Positions 1-16,894 of a stretch of DNA of 64,000 bases are shown here, in pieces. The stretch lies in the NCBI RefSeq assembly GCF_003790525.1, contig NZ_CP033635.1; one strand, given 5' to 3'. This DNA comes from Escherichia coli. Lineage in GTDB: Bacteria; Pseudomonadota; Gammaproteobacteria; Enterobacterales; Enterobacteriaceae. How positions within the stretch are numbered: the stretch's first letter is position 1; every line of letters starts with the position of its first letter. Made by a program: the position numbers and the translations under genes. A model generated the notes under the pieces. The model was not told where the DNA came from and did no database searches. It saw only the letters and a list, made by a program, of their open reading frames with translations.

Positions 1-28
1 TATGACGACAGGGAGTGTTTGTAGAAAC

Positions 29-58
29 GCAAAAAGGCCCAGTCTTCCGACTGGGCCT
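29..58 (-). terminator. rho-independent terminator downstream of 5S rRNA
   Basis: Inverted repeat ggcccagtc / gactgggcc (36-57) with 4-nt loop, followed on the minus strand by a T-run; 14 nt past the 5S 3' end. Confidence 0.75.
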
Positions 59-71
59 TCTGCTTAATTTG

Positions 72-191
72 ATGCCTGGCAGTTCCCTACTCTCGCATGG
101 GGAGACCCCACACTACCATCGGCGCTACGGCGTTTCACTTCTGAGTTCGGCATGGGGTCAGGTGGGACCACCGCGCTAAGGCCGCCAGGCA
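72..191 (-). rRNA. rrfB: 5S ribosomal RNA
   Basis: 120 nt whose reverse complement matches E. coli 5S rRNA (tgcctggcggc...gggaactgccaggcat); operon assigned as rrnB because murI lies immediately upstream. Confidence 0.93.
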
Positions 192-283
192 AATTCTGTT
201 TCATCAGACCGCTTCTGCGTTCTGATTTAATCTGTATCAGGCTGAAAATCTTCTCTCTTCCGCCAAAACATCTTCGGCGTTGT

Positions 284-3187
<2,904 letters not shown>

Positions 3188-3380
3188 TCACAACCCGAAG
3201 ATGTTTCTTTCGATTCGTCATCGTGTTGCGAAAATTTGAGAGACTCACGAACAACTTTCGTTGTTCAGTGTTTCAATTTTCAGCTTGATCCAGATTTTTA
3301 AAGAGCAAATATCTCAAACGTCACCCGAAGATGAGTTTTGAGATATTAAGGCAGGTGACTTTCACTCACAAACCAGCAAG

Positions 3381-3456
3381 TGGCGTCCCCTAGGGGATTC
3401 GAACCCCTGTTACCGCCGTGAAAGGGCGGTGTCCTGGGCCTCTAGACGAAGGGGAC
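3381..3456 (-). tRNA. gltT: tRNA-Glu in the 16S-23S spacer
   Basis: 76 nt; reverse complement is gtccccttcgtctagaggcccaggacaccgccctttcacggcggtaacaggggttcgaatcccctaggggacgcca, with CCA end. Confidence 0.93.
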
Positions 3457-3541
3457 GTATCAGTCTGCTTCGCAAGACGCCTTGCTTTTCACTTTCTATC
3501 AGACAATCTGTGTGAGCACTTCAAAGAACGCTTCTTTAAGG

Positions 3542-5083
<1,542 letters not shown>

Positions 5084-5254
5084 AAAAGTTTGATGCTCAA
5101 AGAATTAAACTTCGTAATGAATTACGTGTTCACTCTTGAGACTTGGTATTCATTTTTCGTCTTGCGACGTTAAGAATCCGTATCTTCGAGTGCCCACACA
5201 GATTGTCTGATAAATTGTTAAAGAGCAGTGCCGCTTCGCTTTTTCTCAGCGGCG

Positions 5255-5295
5255 CGGGGTGTGCATAATACGCTTTCCCGCTACAGAGTCAAGCA
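5255..5295 (-). promoter_or_regulatory. rrnB P2 promoter
   Basis: On the minus strand, -35 ttgact (5287-5292) and -10 tattatgc (5263-5270); matches the recalled rrnB P2 sequence. Confidence 0.75.
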
Positions 5296-5369
5296 TTTTT
5301 TTGCTTTTCTCTGTTGAGATTCTCAGGAGAACCCCGCTGACCCGGCGGCGTGTTTGCCGTTGTTCCGTG

Positions 5370-5435
5370 TCAGTGGTGGCGCATTATAGGGAGTTATTCC
5401 GGCCTGACAAGAGGAAATTTAAAATAATTTTCTGA
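5370..5435 (-). promoter_or_regulatory. rrnB P1 promoter with AT-rich UP element
   Basis: On the minus strand, -35 ttgtca (5405-5410), -10 tataat (5383-5388), GC-rich discriminator, and UP element agaaaattattttaaatttcct (5412-5433). FIS sites would lie further upstream, overlapping the murI 3' end. Confidence 0.85.
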
Positions 5436-5455
5436 CCGCGCAACATTCAACCAAA

Positions 5456-6313
5456 TCAGCCTAAAACTGCCAGTTTTTCGAGCGTTTCGAAGCCGTAACG
5501 CTGTAAAACGGGCAATAATTGTTCAGCTTCTGGCGTCATTGCCATACAAAAGGCAATATTCGCATCGGCAGATTTTGCATCCGGGGCTTCATGTTCTAAC
5601 AGCCAGGCCGTTCGGCGAGCAATCGCTGCGCCAGAATCCACCAGCCGGGTTCCCTCTGGCAGCACCTGTAACAGTTCTTCTTGTAGTAGAGGGAAATGGG
5701 TACACCCCAGTACAACGGTATCTGGCGGCTCTTTCATTCTTAACCACGGACGCAAGATACGTTTTAGCGCATCCAGAGAAACATCTTCGCCATGCAGCTT
5801 CGCTTCAGCCAACTCAACCATCTCTGCCGAACCCAGCATTTCTATCTGGCATTCATTAGCGAAACGCGCGATCAGCTCATGAGTATAAGAACGTTTAACT
5901 GTTCCGCGGGTTGCCAGTAATCCGACAATGCCATTTGCCGTCAGACGTGCAGCAGGTTTAATCGCCGGCACGACACCAACAACCGGGAAGTCGAACTTTT
6001 CGCGTAATGCAGGAAGTGAAACGGTACTGGCAGTGTTGCAAGCGACCACAGCCAGCGCAAGGGGATAACGTTTTTGCACTGCGGTGACAATTGCCACCAC
6101 TCGCTCAACAATAAACGCTTCGCTTTTTTCGCCATACGGGAAAGCGACGTTATCGAAAGCATAAATGTAATGGAGATCCGGTAAGAGATGCCGGATCTCG
6201 TCATAGACCGACAACCCACCGACGCCGGAGTCAAACACCAGCACGGTGGGACGTGGTTCAGAAGGTGTAGCTGCCAGACAAGGTGTATTCCCGTCCTGCA
6301 GTTTGGTAGCCAT
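5456..6313 (-). CDS. murI: glutamate racemase
   Basis: ORF 5456..6325; product [33 protein letters not shown]... recognised as MurI; start placed at the K-12 methionine (285 aa). Confidence 0.93.
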   Translation of the reverse strand: MATKLQDGNTPCLAATPSEPRPTVLVFDSGVGGLSVYDEIRHLLPDLHYIYAFDNVAFPYGEKSEAFIVERVVAIVTAVQKRYPLALAVVACNTASTVSLPALREKFDFPVVGVVPAIKPAARLTANGIVGLLATRGTVKRSYTHELIARFANECQIEMLGSAEMVELAEAKLHGEDVSLDALKRILRPWLRMKEPPDTVVLGCTHFPLLQEELLQVLPEGTRLVDSGAAIARRTAWLLEHEAPDAKSADANIAFCMAMTPEAEQLLPVLQRYGFETLEKLAVLG

Positions 6314-8102
6314 AGACTGTCTCATAATCTTTGTCGAACAGGTTGGCTATTTTACCACGAACTGTCAGATGAGAGGTGACCGGATACGCAACCGCAAGAT
6401 CCCACAAGCTCACACCGCCCATTTTAACGGTTTGATAAGGATAAGATGAGTAATCCTTATCATAGCGAGTGCCTAAATACTGATAAGTAATACCCCAGTC
6501 GAAGTCATACAATTGCCAGTCGAGCTGGTATTTCACCTGCTGTTTAGCACGGCGTAACAACGGCACGTCGGTAATCGCATTACGCGCATCGACATAATCA
6601 TAACTCACAGTATGCGTCAGTGGTCCGGTATCAAAATTGGCGGTCGCCTCGACCCCCTTAATCCGCGCTTTCCCTTCGTTGTAATATTTCAGGGTGTGAT
6701 CATCATAATCGATCAAATCACTGACATCGTTACGATATCCGGAAATACGCCAGTTCACCCCAGCGGTTAAGCCTTCAAACGCGCCTTCCCACTGTTTGCT
6801 TTTCTCAGGATTCAGATTCGGATTTCCGTAGAAACCATACAGTTGCCCAAGATTAGGTGCCTTGTACGACGTGCCATAAGAAGCGATAAAACGATAGCCT
6901 TCGATGAATTCCCAACCGGCACTCGTTTGCCAGGTTCCATGACGACCAAACTGTGAGTTATCGTCGCTGCGGGCTGCGCCTTCAAATGTAAAATCGCCGA
7001 CTTGTTGCAATCCGGTCAGATAGATACCAGTGTTACGTTGATCATACCCATCCTCAACATAACCAGTACCCGGCGTCGTAGTCTGTTTCTGCCAGTCAAC
7101 GCCCGCACCAATATTACCGTGGCCAACGGTAACGTTATTTGCCCACTGGACGGTGTACTGCTTCATCTCATCCAGCGTCGCGGACGAATCATAACGACCA
7201 TAATGGGGATCGTAGTTGTAATCTTTGCTATGGCTATAGCTGGTAATGAGTTGTGATTTAATCAGTTCACCGTTATAGCGCAGCCCGGCGTCCCAACTTT
7301 GGCTATAGAGTTTACGGGTATCGAGCAACGGTGAGCCGGGAGAATAATACGCGTCATAATTGGTACGGTTATCATAGCCATAGCCGCGCACAAAGCCGCT
7401 CCAGGCATCAGTAAAGTTATGCTCCAGCGCGCCATAAAGCGTTTTACTTAAAAAACCATCGTTATCTGTCTGCGCTTGCGTTCCGGTATTACCATAGGCA
7501 ACAACATCATAACCATGAGTATGGGCATAATCGCCCAACAGCGTTACCCGTGTCTTATCCCCCAGTTGTTGCTGCGTGGAGACATCATAGTTCTGATAAC
7601 TATTGCTTCCCCACCCTGCTGAAATTTCCGTTCCGGGTTCATCGCGCGTCGTGATGATATTCACCACCCCGCCTATTGCATCGGAACCATAAACAGCGGA
7701 GCGCGGTCCACGGATATATTCAATACGCTGGACAAGCGCAATAGGGAACTGGCTAAGGTCGGCAGAACCACTCACTCCCGCCAGATTCAGGCGGACGCCA
7801 TCAATTAACACCAGCACATGACTGGCATTTGTACCGCGAATAAAAATAGATGAGAGCTGACCTGAACCGCCGTTTTGGGTGATATCGACGCCCGGAAGAC
7901 GGCGCAGCACATCATTGACCGAGGTCGACTGCCAGCGGTCGATATCCTGACGGGTCACAACGGTGGTTGGTGCAAGCACAGTGCTGCGCGGCTGTTCAAA
8001 ACGGTTAGCAGTAACGACGAGAGTATCCGGGCTGGTATCCTGTGCCCAAGCAGAAAAGGCTGTGACAGAACACGCCGTCAGCAGCGAAGCTTTTTTAATC
8101 AT
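6258..8102 (-). CDS. btuB: TonB-dependent vitamin B12 outer-membrane transporter
   Basis: ORF 6258..8147; product from [38 protein letters not shown] (614 aa), C-terminal F typical of a beta-barrel. The 3' end overlaps murI by 56 nt. Confidence 0.95.
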   Translation of the reverse strand: MIKKASLLTACSVTAFSAWAQDTSPDTLVVTANRFEQPRSTVLAPTTVVTRQDIDRWQSTSVNDVLRRLPGVDITQNGGSGQLSSIFIRGTNASHVLVLIDGVRLNLAGVSGSADLSQFPIALVQRIEYIRGPRSAVYGSDAIGGVVNIITTRDEPGTEISAGWGSNSYQNYDVSTQQQLGDKTRVTLLGDYAHTHGYDVVAYGNTGTQAQTDNDGFLSKTLYGALEHNFTDAWSGFVRGYGYDNRTNYDAYYSPGSPLLDTRKLYSQSWDAGLRYNGELIKSQLITSYSHSKDYNYDPHYGRYDSSATLDEMKQYTVQWANNVTVGHGNIGAGVDWQKQTTTPGTGYVEDGYDQRNTGIYLTGLQQVGDFTFEGAARSDDNSQFGRHGTWQTSAGWEFIEGYRFIASYGTSYKAPNLGQLYGFYGNPNLNPEKSKQWEGAFEGLTAGVNWRISGYRNDVSDLIDYDDHTLKYYNEGKARIKGVEATANFDTGPLTHTVSYDYVDARNAITDVPLLRRAKQQVKYQLDWQLYDFDWGITYQYLGTRYDKDYSSYPYQTVKMGGVSLWDLAVAYPVTSHLTVRGKIANLFDKDYETVYGYQTAGREYTLSGSYTF

Positions 8103-8342
8103 TGTAAAGCATCCACAATAGAAGAAGGATGCCGCAGGTTTCATCAATATTACGCGATGATGAGAACCAGATGCGACGTTAGCCGGCAGGTCTTCGGGCT
8201 TGGAGGGGTATCTAAGATACTAAGAGATGATGACTTCCCACCGGATGGCAGTGTCCGCATAACGCAATCATCGCACCTTTCCTTACCGCTGCGCGTCAGC
8301 TCCAGATTCGCACTGGATTCCCTATTAACTCACAGGACCGGC
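8103..8342 (-). promoter_or_regulatory. btuB 5' leader containing the cobalamin (B12) riboswitch
   Basis: Minus-strand leader gccggtcctgtgagttaatagggaatccagtgcgaatctggagctgacgcgcagcggtaagg... matches the recalled btuB leader upstream of the btuB start. Confidence 0.8.
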
Positions 8343-8470
8343 AAGTGGATGCTACAGGTTGTAACAAGTTACTGTCCAGACGTAGCTCACAAATAGGAAT
8401 TCATCAAGATCTGGACATCTGATGAGCAATCCCTACAATCGCCGCGTACTTTAATTTTTCAGGATACATC

Positions 8471-9571
8471 ATGACCCCCGAACACCTTCCAACAGAACAG
8501 TATGAAGCGCAGTTAGCCGAAAAAGTGGTACGTTTGCAAAGTATGATGGCACCGTTTTCTGACCTGGTTCCGGAAGTGTTTCGCTCGCCGGTCAGTCATT
8601 ACCGGATGCGTGCGGAGTTCCGCATCTGGCACGATGGCGATGACCTGTATCACATCATTTTCGATCAACAAACCAAAAGCCGCATCCGCGTGGATAGCTT
8701 CCCCGCCGCCAGTGAACTTATCAACCAGTTGATGACGGCGATGATTGCGGGTGTGCGTAATAATCCCGTTCTGCGCCACAAGTTGTTCCAGATTGATTAC
8801 CTCACCACGCTGAGTAATCAGGCGGTGGTTTCCCTGCTGTACCATAAGAAGCTGGATGATGAGTGGCGTCAGGAAGCGGAAGCCCTGCGCGACGCACTGC
8901 GAGCGCAGAATCTGAATGTGCATCTGATTGGTCGGGCAACGAAAACCAAAATCGAGCTGGATCAAGATTACATCGATGAACGTCTGCCGGTCGCAGGGAA
9001 AGAGATGATCTACCGTCAGGTAGAAAACAGCTTTACCCAGCCGAACGCGGCGATGAATATTCAGATGCTGGAATGGGCGCTGGACGTAACCAAAGGCTCA
9101 AAAGGCGATTTACTGGAGCTGTACTGCGGCAACGGTAACTTTTCATTAGCACTGGCGCGCAATTTTGATCGGGTATTAGCCACCGAAATCGCTAAGCCGT
9201 CGGTCGCTGCCGCGCAATACAACATTGCCGCTAACCATATTGATAACGTACAAATTATTCGTATGGCGGCAGAAGAATTTACTCAGGCGATGAATGGCGT
9301 ACGCGAGTTTAACCGCCTGCAAGGGATCGATTTAAAGAGTTATCAGTGCGAAACCATTTTTGTCGACCCACCACGCAGCGGTCTGGACGGTGAAACCGAG
9401 AAAATGGTGCAGGCGTATCCACGTATTCTGTATATCTCCTGCAATCCGGAAACGTTATGCAAGAATCTGGAAACATTAAGTCAGACGCACAAGGTCGAAC
9501 GTCTGGCTCTGTTTGATCAGTTCCCCTACACGCACCATATGGAGTGCGGCGTATTACTGACCGCGAAGTAA
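8471..9571 (+). CDS. trmA: tRNA (uracil54-C5)-methyltransferase
   Basis: 366-aa ORF; product [19 protein letters not shown]... recognised as TrmA. Confidence 0.95.
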   Translation: MTPEHLPTEQYEAQLAEKVVRLQSMMAPFSDLVPEVFRSPVSHYRMRAEFRIWHDGDDLYHIIFDQQTKSRIRVDSFPAASELINQLMTAMIAGVRNNPVLRHKLFQIDYLTTLSNQAVVSLLYHKKLDDEWRQEAEALRDALRAQNLNVHLIGRATKTKIELDQDYIDERLPVAGKEMIYRQVENSFTQPNAAMNIQMLEWALDVTKGSKGDLLELYCGNGNFSLALARNFDRVLATEIAKPSVAAAQYNIAANHIDNVQIIRMAAEEFTQAMNGVREFNRLQGIDLKSYQCETIFVDPPRSGLDGETEKMVQAYPRILYISCNPETLCKNLETLSQTHKVERLALFDQFPYTHHMECGVLLTAK

Positions 9572-9578
9572 AACCCAT

Positions 9579-9600
9579 GCCGGATGCATCAGCATCCGGC
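9579..9600. terminator. REP-like hairpin between convergent trmA and yijD
   Basis: Inverted repeat gccggatgc / gcatccggc; lacks a clear T-run, so it may be a REP element rather than an intrinsic terminator. Confidence 0.5.
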
Positions 9601-9610
9601 ATGATACCGA

Positions 9611-9970
9611 TTACTCAGCAACTTCCTGCTTACGGTTACGCATCTTCGCGCCAATCCAGAACACCATAATGACGGACAGTACTGCCGGGAAGAAGTTAGA
9701 GCCGATATCCGGATACTCCGCACGAACTACCGTGCTGTACAGCAGTACGCCGAGAATAAAACAGGCAGCTGCCAGACCCGGCAAGCCTACCGGCATAGTG
9801 CGATTAAGATAACGTTGATGCAGGCAGTAAACCGTCAGCACCAGGGAAATAATCGGGAATACAGAAAATGGCACAATGGAGCTAAACAGCGCTGCGAAAG
9901 TACCATTAATCGATAAGCCAGCAACTAACGCCAGCAGCAGCGTACCTCTATCTTGATTTGCTTGTTTCAT
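9611..9970 (-). CDS. yijD: inner-membrane protein YijD (DUF1422)
   Basis: 119-aa hydrophobic ORF directly downstream of fabR; the start codon overlaps the fabR stop (atga at 9970). Confidence 0.88.
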
Positions 9971-10617
9971 TACTCGTCCTTCACATTTCCCGGAATAATT
10001 GCGGTTTTCTCTTGTTCACGGCGATACCAGTAATAAGCCCCTTTCGAAATCATTCGCAGTTGCAGTACCAGTCGCTCTTCTAATTGCCGACGTTGTTCAA
10101 CGCCGACGTCCAACGCCTCGGCACCCGCACTGAAGACAATCGTCACCATGGCTTCGGCTTGCGCTTCAGTAAACGCACGCGGCATATGGTTTTCGAGTTC
10201 CAGATAGTCCGCAAGTTCCGCAATGAAGTGCTGAATTTCACGCGCAACGGCGGCACGAAACGCAGCGGAGGTACCGGAGCGTTCCCGCAATAATAACCGG
10301 AAGGCGTTAGGATTATTACCGATGAACTCCATAAATGTGGAGACCGAGGTGCGGATCACACTCCCGCCTTTGGCGATACGCTGACGCGCCTGGCGCATGA
10401 GTTGGCGTAGCATTAAACCGCTCTCATCAACCATGGTCAGACCCAGTTCGTCTACGTCGCGGAAATGCCGATAAAAAGAGGTGGGAGCAATGCCCGCTTC
10501 ACGCGCCACTTCACGCAAACTCAGGCTGGCGAAGCTGCGTTCAGCACTTAATTGGCTAAATGCGGCTTCCACCAGCGAACGGCGGGTTTTTTCTTTTTGT
10601 TGCGCTCTTACGCCCAT
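9970..10617 (-). CDS. fabR: TetR-family repressor of unsaturated fatty acid synthesis
   Basis: ORF 9970..10713; product [29 protein letters not shown]... recognised as FabR. Start is uncertain: in-frame upstream ATGs would give 234 or 247 aa. Confidence 0.85.
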
Positions 10618-10951
10618 CACGATGTCTGAATCCTTGCCAAAAGTACTGCTGGCACTATACCAGAGAATGAACATACTGGATTGCTCCAGTGTTGTGAATG
10701 AACGGTAACGCAATAAAACATATTTACTGCAATTCTTTGGCCGGTTCTTTTACGTACAACGGAAACCTGCCGCTTAAACGGAGAGTATCGTCGATAAAAA
10801 TCCAATAAAACGTTCAGGTCAAAAGTAAGAAACAGACAAAGCAAAGGCCGCTCACGATATAGCCAGATAAATGACGGGGATCAATTGGCTTACCCGCGAT
10901 AAAATGTTACCATTCTGTTGCTTTTATGTATAAGAACAGGTAAGCCCTACC

Positions 10952-12352
10952 ATGCCACATTCCTACGATTACGATGCCATAGTAATAGGTTCCGGCCCCG
11001 GCGGCGAAGGCGCTGCAATGGGCCTGGTTAAGCAAGGTGCGCGCGTCGCAGTTATCGAGCGTTATCAAAATGTTGGCGGCGGTTGCACCCACTGGGGCAC
11101 CATCCCGTCGAAAGCTCTCCGTCACGCCGTCAGCCGCATTATAGAATTTAATCAAAACCCACTTTACAGCGACCATTCGCGACTGCTCCGCTCTTCTTTT
11201 GCCGATATCCTTAACCATGCCGATAACGTGATTAATCAACAAACGCGCATGCGTCAGGGATTTTACGAACGTAATCACTGTGAAATATTGCAGGGAAACG
11301 CTCGCTTTGTTGACGAGCACACGCTGGCGCTGGATTGCCCGGACGGCAGCGTTGAAACACTAACCGCTGAAAAATTTGTTATTGCCTGCGGCTCTCGTCC
11401 ATATCATCCAACAGATGTTGATTTCACCCATCCACGCATTTACGACAGCGACTCAATTCTTAGCATGCACCACGAACCGCGCCATGTACTTATCTATGGT
11501 GCTGGAGTGATCGGCTGTGAATATGCGTCGATCTTCCGCGGTATGGATGTAAAAGTGGATCTGATCAACACCCGCGATCGGCTGTTGGCGTTTCTCGATC
11601 AAGAGATGTCAGATTCTCTCTCCTATCACTTCTGGAACAGTGGCGTAGTGATTCGTCACAACGAAGAGTACGAGAAGATCGAAGGCTGTGACGACGGTGT
11701 GATCATGCATCTGAAGTCGGGTAAAAAACTGAAAGCTGACTGCCTGCTCTATGCCAACGGTCGCACCGGTAATACTGATTCGCTGGCGTTACAGAACATT
11801 GGGCTGGAAACTGACAGTCGCGGACAGCTGAAGGTCAACAGCATGTATCAGACCGCACAGCCGCACGTTTACGCGGTGGGCGACGTGATTGGTTATCCGA
11901 GCCTGGCGTCGGCAGCCTATGACCAGGGGCGCATTGCCGCGCAGGCGCTGGTGAAAGGTGAAGCCAACGCACATCTGATTGAAGATATCCCTACCGGCAT
12001 TTACACCATCCCGGAAATCAGCTCTGTGGGCAAAACCGAACAGCAGCTAACCGCGATGAAAGTGCCATATGAAGTGGGCCGCGCCCAGTTTAAACATCTG
12101 GCACGTGCACAAATCGTCGGCATGAACGTGGGCACGCTGAAAATTTTGTTCCATCGGGAAACAAAAGAGATTCTGGGTATTCACTGCTTTGGCGAGCGCG
12201 CTGCCGAAATTATTCATATCGGTCAGGCGATTATGGAACAGAAAGGTGGCGGCAACACTATTGAGTACTTCGTCAACACCACCTTTAACTACCCGACGAT
12301 GGCGGAAGCCTATCGGGTAGCTGCGCTAAATGGCTTAAACCGCCTGTTTTAA
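10952..12352 (+). CDS. sthA: soluble pyridine nucleotide transhydrogenase
   Basis: 466-aa ORF; [25 protein letters not shown]... with an FAD/NAD dinucleotide-binding GxGxxG motif. Confidence 0.95.
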   Translation: MPHSYDYDAIVIGSGPGGEGAAMGLVKQGARVAVIERYQNVGGGCTHWGTIPSKALRHAVSRIIEFNQNPLYSDHSRLLRSSFADILNHADNVINQQTRMRQGFYERNHCEILQGNARFVDEHTLALDCPDGSVETLTAEKFVIACGSRPYHPTDVDFTHPRIYDSDSILSMHHEPRHVLIYGAGVIGCEYASIFRGMDVKVDLINTRDRLLAFLDQEMSDSLSYHFWNSGVVIRHNEEYEKIEGCDDGVIMHLKSGKKLKADCLLYANGRTGNTDSLALQNIGLETDSRGQLKVNSMYQTAQPHVYAVGDVIGYPSLASAAYDQGRIAAQALVKGEANAHLIEDIPTGIYTIPEISSVGKTEQQLTAMKVPYEVGRAQFKHLARAQIVGMNVGTLKILFHRETKEILGIHCFGERAAEIIHIGQAIMEQKGGGNTIEYFVNTTFNYPTMAEAYRVAALNGLNRLF

Positions 12353-13252
12353 CACTTTATCGAAATGGCCATCCATTCTTGCGCGGATGGCCTCTGCCAG
12401 CTGCTCATAGCGGCTGCGCAGTGGTGAGCCAGGACGATAAACCAGGCCAATAGTGCGGCGTGGTTCCGGCTTAATGCACGGCAGATAAACAACCCCATCG
12501 CGTTTGCGTTCCGGCGGCACAGCCAGCGCAGGCAGTAAAGTGATTCCGCTACCTGCCGCCACCATGTTGCGCAGCGTCTCCAGGCTGGTCGCGCGGAAGT
12601 GTGTATCTTCATCCGCCCCGGCTTCAAAACAGAACCCCATTGCCTGATCGCGCAAACAGTGACCATCTTCCAGCATCAGCAGTTTTTCTCCTGCCAGATC
12701 GGCCATCGGTACGCATTCGCGGTTCGCCCACGGGTGATCTTCATAGATAGCCAGCAACATTGGCTCATCAAACAACGGCACTTCAATGAATGCTTCGCTC
12801 TCTTTCACCAGCGCGAGGATCACGCAATCGAGCTTGCCGCTGTCCAGTTGCGCCAGTAACTGGTGGGTCTGTGCTTCATGCAGATACATTTCCAGCTTTG
12901 GAAAGGTCTGGTGCAGCATCGGGATAATATGCGGTAGCAGATACGGTCCAACCGTGGGAATCAAACCAATATGCAGCGGCCCGGACATCGTCTCGCCCTG
13001 CTGGCTTGCCATCTCTTTAAGGACTTTCACCTCACGCAGCACGGTACGCGCCTGATCCACCAGCAGCATTCCCGCCTGGGTGAACAATACTTTACGGCTG
13101 GTCCGCTCCAGCAACATCACGCCCAGCTCATCTTCCAGCTTACGAATTTGCCCGCTAAGCGTCGGCTGGCTAACGTGGCAGGAATCTGCCGCACGCCGAA
13201 AATGGCGGTGTTCAGCCAATGCCACCAGGTACTCAAGATCACGAATATTCAT
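12335..13252 (-). CDS. oxyR: LysR-family oxidative-stress regulator
   Basis: ORF 12335..13297; product from [44 protein letters not shown] (305 aa). The 3' end overlaps convergent sthA by 18 nt. Confidence 0.95.
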   Translation of the reverse strand: MNIRDLEYLVALAEHRHFRRAADSCHVSQPTLSGQIRKLEDELGVMLLERTSRKVLFTQAGMLLVDQARTVLREVKVLKEMASQQGETMSGPLHIGLIPTVGPYLLPHIIPMLHQTFPKLEMYLHEAQTHQLLAQLDSGKLDCVILALVKESEAFIEVPLFDEPMLLAIYEDHPWANRECVPMADLAGEKLLMLEDGHCLRDQAMGFCFEAGADEDTHFRATSLETLRNMVAAGSGITLLPALAVPPERKRDGVVYLPCIKPEPRRTIGLVYRPGSPLRSRYEQLAEAIRARMDGHFDKVLKQAV

Positions 13253-13347
13253 TATCCATCCTCCATTGCCACGATAGTTCGCGGCGATAGGTAGCATAGC
13301 AACGAACGATTATCCCTATCAAGCATTCTGACTGATAATTGCTCACA
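13253..13347. promoter_or_regulatory. oxyR-oxyS divergent promoter/OxyR operator region
   Basis: Intergenic segment between the oxyR start and the oxyS 5' end; the OxyR site is known to lie here in K-12, but the exact footprint was not mapped. Confidence 0.6.
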
Positions 13348-13462
13348 GAAACGGAGCGGCACCTCTTTTAACCCTTGAAGTCACTGCCCGTTTCGAGAGT
13401 TTCTCAACTCGAATAACTAAAGCCAACGTGAACTTTTGCGGATCTCCAGGATCCGCTTTTTT
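13348..13462 (+). ncRNA. oxyS: OxyS small regulatory RNA
   Basis: gaaacggagcggcacctcttttaacccttgaagtcactgcccgtttcgagagtttctcaactcgaataactaaagccaacgtgaacttttgcggatctccaggatccgcttttttttt matches recalled OxyS and ends in an intrinsic terminator; 3' end approximate. Confidence 0.88.
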
Positions 13463-13518
13463 TTTGCCATAAAAAGCCCAGCGATAAGCCAGGCTCAAAT
13501 TAATACATATAAATGTTC

Positions 13519-14892
13519 TTACCCCAACCGAGCCTGCGCAAAAGCAATCGCCTGCGCCACCTGCTGCGGTGAGACGCCGCCTTTTGCCGCACGCTTGTCG
13601 AGGCACGATTGTAGCGACAGAATCGGATAGACATCTTCGCCAATCACCTGACTGAATTTCTGCAACTCACTGAGCGGTAGTTCTTCCAGCGGTTTGCCCT
13701 GACGAATGGCTTCCACCACCGCTTCACCCACAATATGATGCGCCTCGCGGAACGGTACGCCTTTCGCCACCAGGTAATCCGCCAGTTCAGTGGCGTTCGC
13801 ATACCCCTGCTGCGCCGCTTCCTGGCAACGCGGACGTTTCACCTGAATGCCGTCCAGCACCAGCGCCGCCATATGCAGGCAGTCCAGCCAGGTATCGAGC
13901 GCGTCGAACAGACCTTCTTTGTCTTCCTGCATATCTTTGTTGTAAGCCAGCGGCAAACCTTTCAGCGTCATCATCATGCCGGTTAACGCACCCTGCACCC
14001 GGCCGCATTTACCGCGAATCAGCTCCAGCGCATCCGGGTTTTTCTTCTGCGGCATTAATGATGAACCGGAAGTCACGCGGTCCGAAAGCTCGACAAACCC
14101 CGCTTCGCCGGTGTTAAAGAAAATCAGATCTTCAGCAAAACGCGACAGATGCACCATGCCGATAGCGGCAGCAGAAAGCAGTTCCAACACATGGTCACGG
14201 TCAGAAACGCTGTCGAGACTGTTACGGGTCGCCGAAGCAAAGCCCAGCCAGCCTGCTAACTGTTCTCGGTCGATTTCATAGGCCGTTCCTGCCAGTGCGC
14301 CACAGCCTAGCGGGCTGACATCCAGACGCTTAAGCGCGTCCTGCAAACGGCTTTCATCACGCGCCAGCATCTCAACGTAGGCCAGGCACCAGTGCGCGAA
14401 CGTCACCGGTTGAGCACGTTGCAGGTGAGTGTAACCCGGCATCACCGCGTCCTGATTGTTCTGCGCGGTCTCGACCAGAGCGGATTGTAACTGCCGGTTA
14501 GCCGTCAGCAACTCGCTAACGGTATCTTTGCACCACAGTTTCAGGTCAGTTGCTACCTGATCATTACGGCTACGCCCGGTATGCAGTTTTTTGCCTAACT
14601 GACCCACTTTGTCGATCAGTTTACCTTCCACCCAGCTATGGATATCTTCGGCGTCGCTTTCAAGGATTTGTTGTGGCCTGGCGCGAACATCTTCCAGCAG
14701 CACGTTCAGCGCCTCTTCCAGTTGCGCCTGCTCTTCTGCGGTTAACACGCCGACCGTTACCAGGGCTTTGGACCAGGCCACAGAGCCAACAATATCCTGC
14801 TCCGCCAGACGGTAATCAAAGCGCAGTGAGTCGTTGAATTGTTTGAACCGTTGATCTGCTGCCTGGGTAAAACGCCCGCCCCAAAGTGCCAT
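13519..14892 (-). CDS. argH: argininosuccinate lyase
   Basis: 457-aa ORF; [37 protein letters not shown]... Confidence 0.95.
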   Translation of the reverse strand: MALWGGRFTQAADQRFKQFNDSLRFDYRLAEQDIVGSVAWSKALVTVGVLTAEEQAQLEEALNVLLEDVRARPQQILESDAEDIHSWVEGKLIDKVGQLGKKLHTGRSRNDQVATDLKLWCKDTVSELLTANRQLQSALVETAQNNQDAVMPGYTHLQRAQPVTFAHWCLAYVEMLARDESRLQDALKRLDVSPLGCGALAGTAYEIDREQLAGWLGFASATRNSLDSVSDRDHVLELLSAAAIGMVHLSRFAEDLIFFNTGEAGFVELSDRVTSGSSLMPQKKNPDALELIRGKCGRVQGALTGMMMTLKGLPLAYNKDMQEDKEGLFDALDTWLDCLHMAALVLDGIQVKRPRCQEAAQQGYANATELADYLVAKGVPFREAHHIVGEAVVEAIRQGKPLEELPLSELQKFSQVIGEDVYPILSLQSCLDKRAAKGGVSPQQVAQAIAFAQARLG

Positions 14893-14952
14893 AACTCTGT
14901 TTCCTTATTTTGAAATTCAATGCCGGAAAGCTGCGCCTCCGGCCAACAAAAC

Positions 14953-15729
14953 TTAAGCTAAAATCCGCGTACCCATCGGCATACCGTTAAACAGTGCCGG
15001 AAGCTGTTCCGCATGACGCCAGGAGGCGATATCCACCGGGCGGCCCAGCGTGCGCGCAGCATCCAGCGCCGCGTTCACTTTCACTATCATGCCGTCAGTA
15101 ATAATGCCCTGCTCAATCAGTTGTTCTGCTTTCGCGGCGGTCATTTCGGCAATACGTTGCCCTTTGCCGTCGAGAATGCCGCTGACGTCGGAGAGCAAAA
15201 TCAGATCCGCGCCCAGCGTTGCCGCCAGCGCCGTTGCCGCCTGATCGGCATTGACGTTCATCAGTTGCCCTTCGTCTGTTACGCCAATGGAGCTGACCAC
15301 CGGCAGATAACCGTTCTCCAGCAAGGAGTTGATAAGCTTAGGCGAACCTGGCTGCGCCAGTCCAACATGGCCTAACTCTTCATCAAGCTGGGTCACTTTG
15401 ACGCTGTCGCCGTCACCGAGAAACAAACCTACGGCCGCAATCTGATGTTTCTTCGCCCATGCCAGCAGGGTTTTATTTGCCGTTCCCGCCAGTGCTCCGG
15501 TGATAATGTCAATCTGATCAGCAGGCGTCACCCGCAGGCCGTTTTTCTTTTTCACCGGCAGATTCAGCCCTTTCATCAGCTCATCCACCACGCAACCGCC
15601 GCCGTGCACAATCACCAGCGGACGCTGATGTGACACACGATAATTCACCAGTGCACTAAACAGACGTTCCAGCGCCTCTTCACTATCCAGCAGTACGCCG
15701 CCCAGTTTGATAATTAATGGATTCATCAT
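14953..15729 (-). CDS. argB: acetylglutamate kinase
   Basis: ORF 14953..15762; product from [24 protein letters not shown] (258 aa). Confidence 0.93.
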   Translation of the reverse strand: MMNPLIIKLGGVLLDSEEALERLFSALVNYRVSHQRPLVIVHGGGCVVDELMKGLNLPVKKKNGLRVTPADQIDIITGALAGTANKTLLAWAKKHQIAAVGLFLGDGDSVKVTQLDEELGHVGLAQPGSPKLINSLLENGYLPVVSSIGVTDEGQLMNVNADQAATALAATLGADLILLSDVSGILDGKGQRIAEMTAAKAEQLIEQGIITDGMIVKVNAALDAARTLGRPVDIASWRHAEQLPALFNGMPMGTRILA

Positions 15730-15736
15730 TGCACCC

Positions 15737-16741
15737 TTAAATAAGAGACTGCGTTTCCGCATAGCCGAAACGAATATTGGCGCACTGTACCGCTTGTGCC
15801 GCCGCGCCTTTCAGTAAGTTGTCTTCGGTCGTCACAATAATCAGATGCTCGCCCTGAACGGCAAACCCGATATCGCAAAATGGCAGCCCAACGACATTTT
15901 TCAGCGCCGGAACGCCTTTGTCATACAGCCGCACCAGCGGTTTATGGGCATACGCCTGCTGTAACACTTGCGCGACTTGCGCCTGGGTCACACCCGATTT
16001 CAGGCGGCAGGTAATGGTTTCGAGAATGCCGCGCGGGAAATTGCCCAGATGCGGGGTGAAGATAACGTCAGCACCGAGATGTGTGGCGATCTCTGGTTGA
16101 TGGCGATGGGTAAAGACGCCATACGGTTGCAGGCTAACTTCACAAAAACTATTTGAAATCGCTGCCTTACGTCCTGCACCGCTCACGCCGCTGGTAGCGT
16201 TGATCACCGGCCACTGAATGAGGTCAAGAAGATCGGCATCAATCAACGGTTTCAGCGCCAGCTGTGCTGCCGTCGGATAACAGCCTGGCACCGCAATCAA
16301 GTTTGCTTCTTTTAATTTATTACCGCACCACTCCGCCAGACCGTAGGCTGCCTGTTCCAGCAGTTCCGGGTATTGATGGGTAAAGCCGTAATATTTTTCA
16401 TAGAAGGCGGCGTCGTTAACACGAAACGCGCCGGAAAGGTCGAACACCACGCAGCCGGCTTCAAGAAATTGCGGCGCTAAATCGTGGCTAACTTCATGGG
16501 CGGTGGCGAGAAACACCACGTCCACCCCTGGGCTAAACTCGCTGATATCCGACATCGGCTGCAACGGCAGATCAACGATGCCTTTTAGCTGCGGATGCAA
16601 ATCGGAGATTAACTTTCCCGCATCATTGCTTTGCGCTGAAACAGTCAAAGCGGTTATGTTCATATGCGGATGGCGATTTACATAGGTCACTAGCTCTGCG
16701 CCAGCGTAGCCGCTGGCACCCACAATCAGCGTATTCAACAT
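15737..16741 (-). CDS. argC: N-acetyl-gamma-glutamyl-phosphate reductase
   Basis: 334-aa ORF; [35 protein letters not shown]... Confidence 0.95.
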   Translation of the reverse strand: MLNTLIVGASGYAGAELVTYVNRHPHMNITALTVSAQSNDAGKLISDLHPQLKGIVDLPLQPMSDISEFSPGVDVVFLATAHEVSHDLAPQFLEAGCVVFDLSGAFRVNDAAFYEKYYGFTHQYPELLEQAAYGLAEWCGNKLKEANLIAVPGCYPTAAQLALKPLIDADLLDLIQWPVINATSGVSGAGRKAAISNSFCEVSLQPYGVFTHRHQPEIATHLGADVIFTPHLGNFPRGILETITCRLKSGVTQAQVAQVLQQAYAHKPLVRLYDKGVPALKNVVGLPFCDIGFAVQGEHLIIVTTEDNLLKGAAAQAVQCANIRFGYAETQSLI

Positions 16742-16894
16742 CGGGGCTATTCACCTTCTTATGTCTGGTTGCCAGGTTAAACGTAAAACATTCACCTTAC
16801 GGCTGGTGGGTTTTATTACGCTCAACGTTAGTGTATTTTTATTCATAAATACTGCATGAATATTGATACTATCATGACCAGAGGTGTGTCAACA
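16742..16894. promoter_or_regulatory. argE / argCBH divergent control region with ArgR operator
   Basis: Intergenic region between divergent argC and argE; AT-rich palindromic segment attcataaatactgcatgaatattgatact (about 16841-16870) resembles ARG boxes. Exact boxes not resolved. Confidence 0.6.

Noticed and set aside
13343-13606. 87-aa minus-strand ORF overlapping oxyS and the argH 3' end
   Set aside because: It is antisense to the OxyS RNA and its terminator and has a low-complexity Gly/Ala/Arg-rich translation; no independent support.
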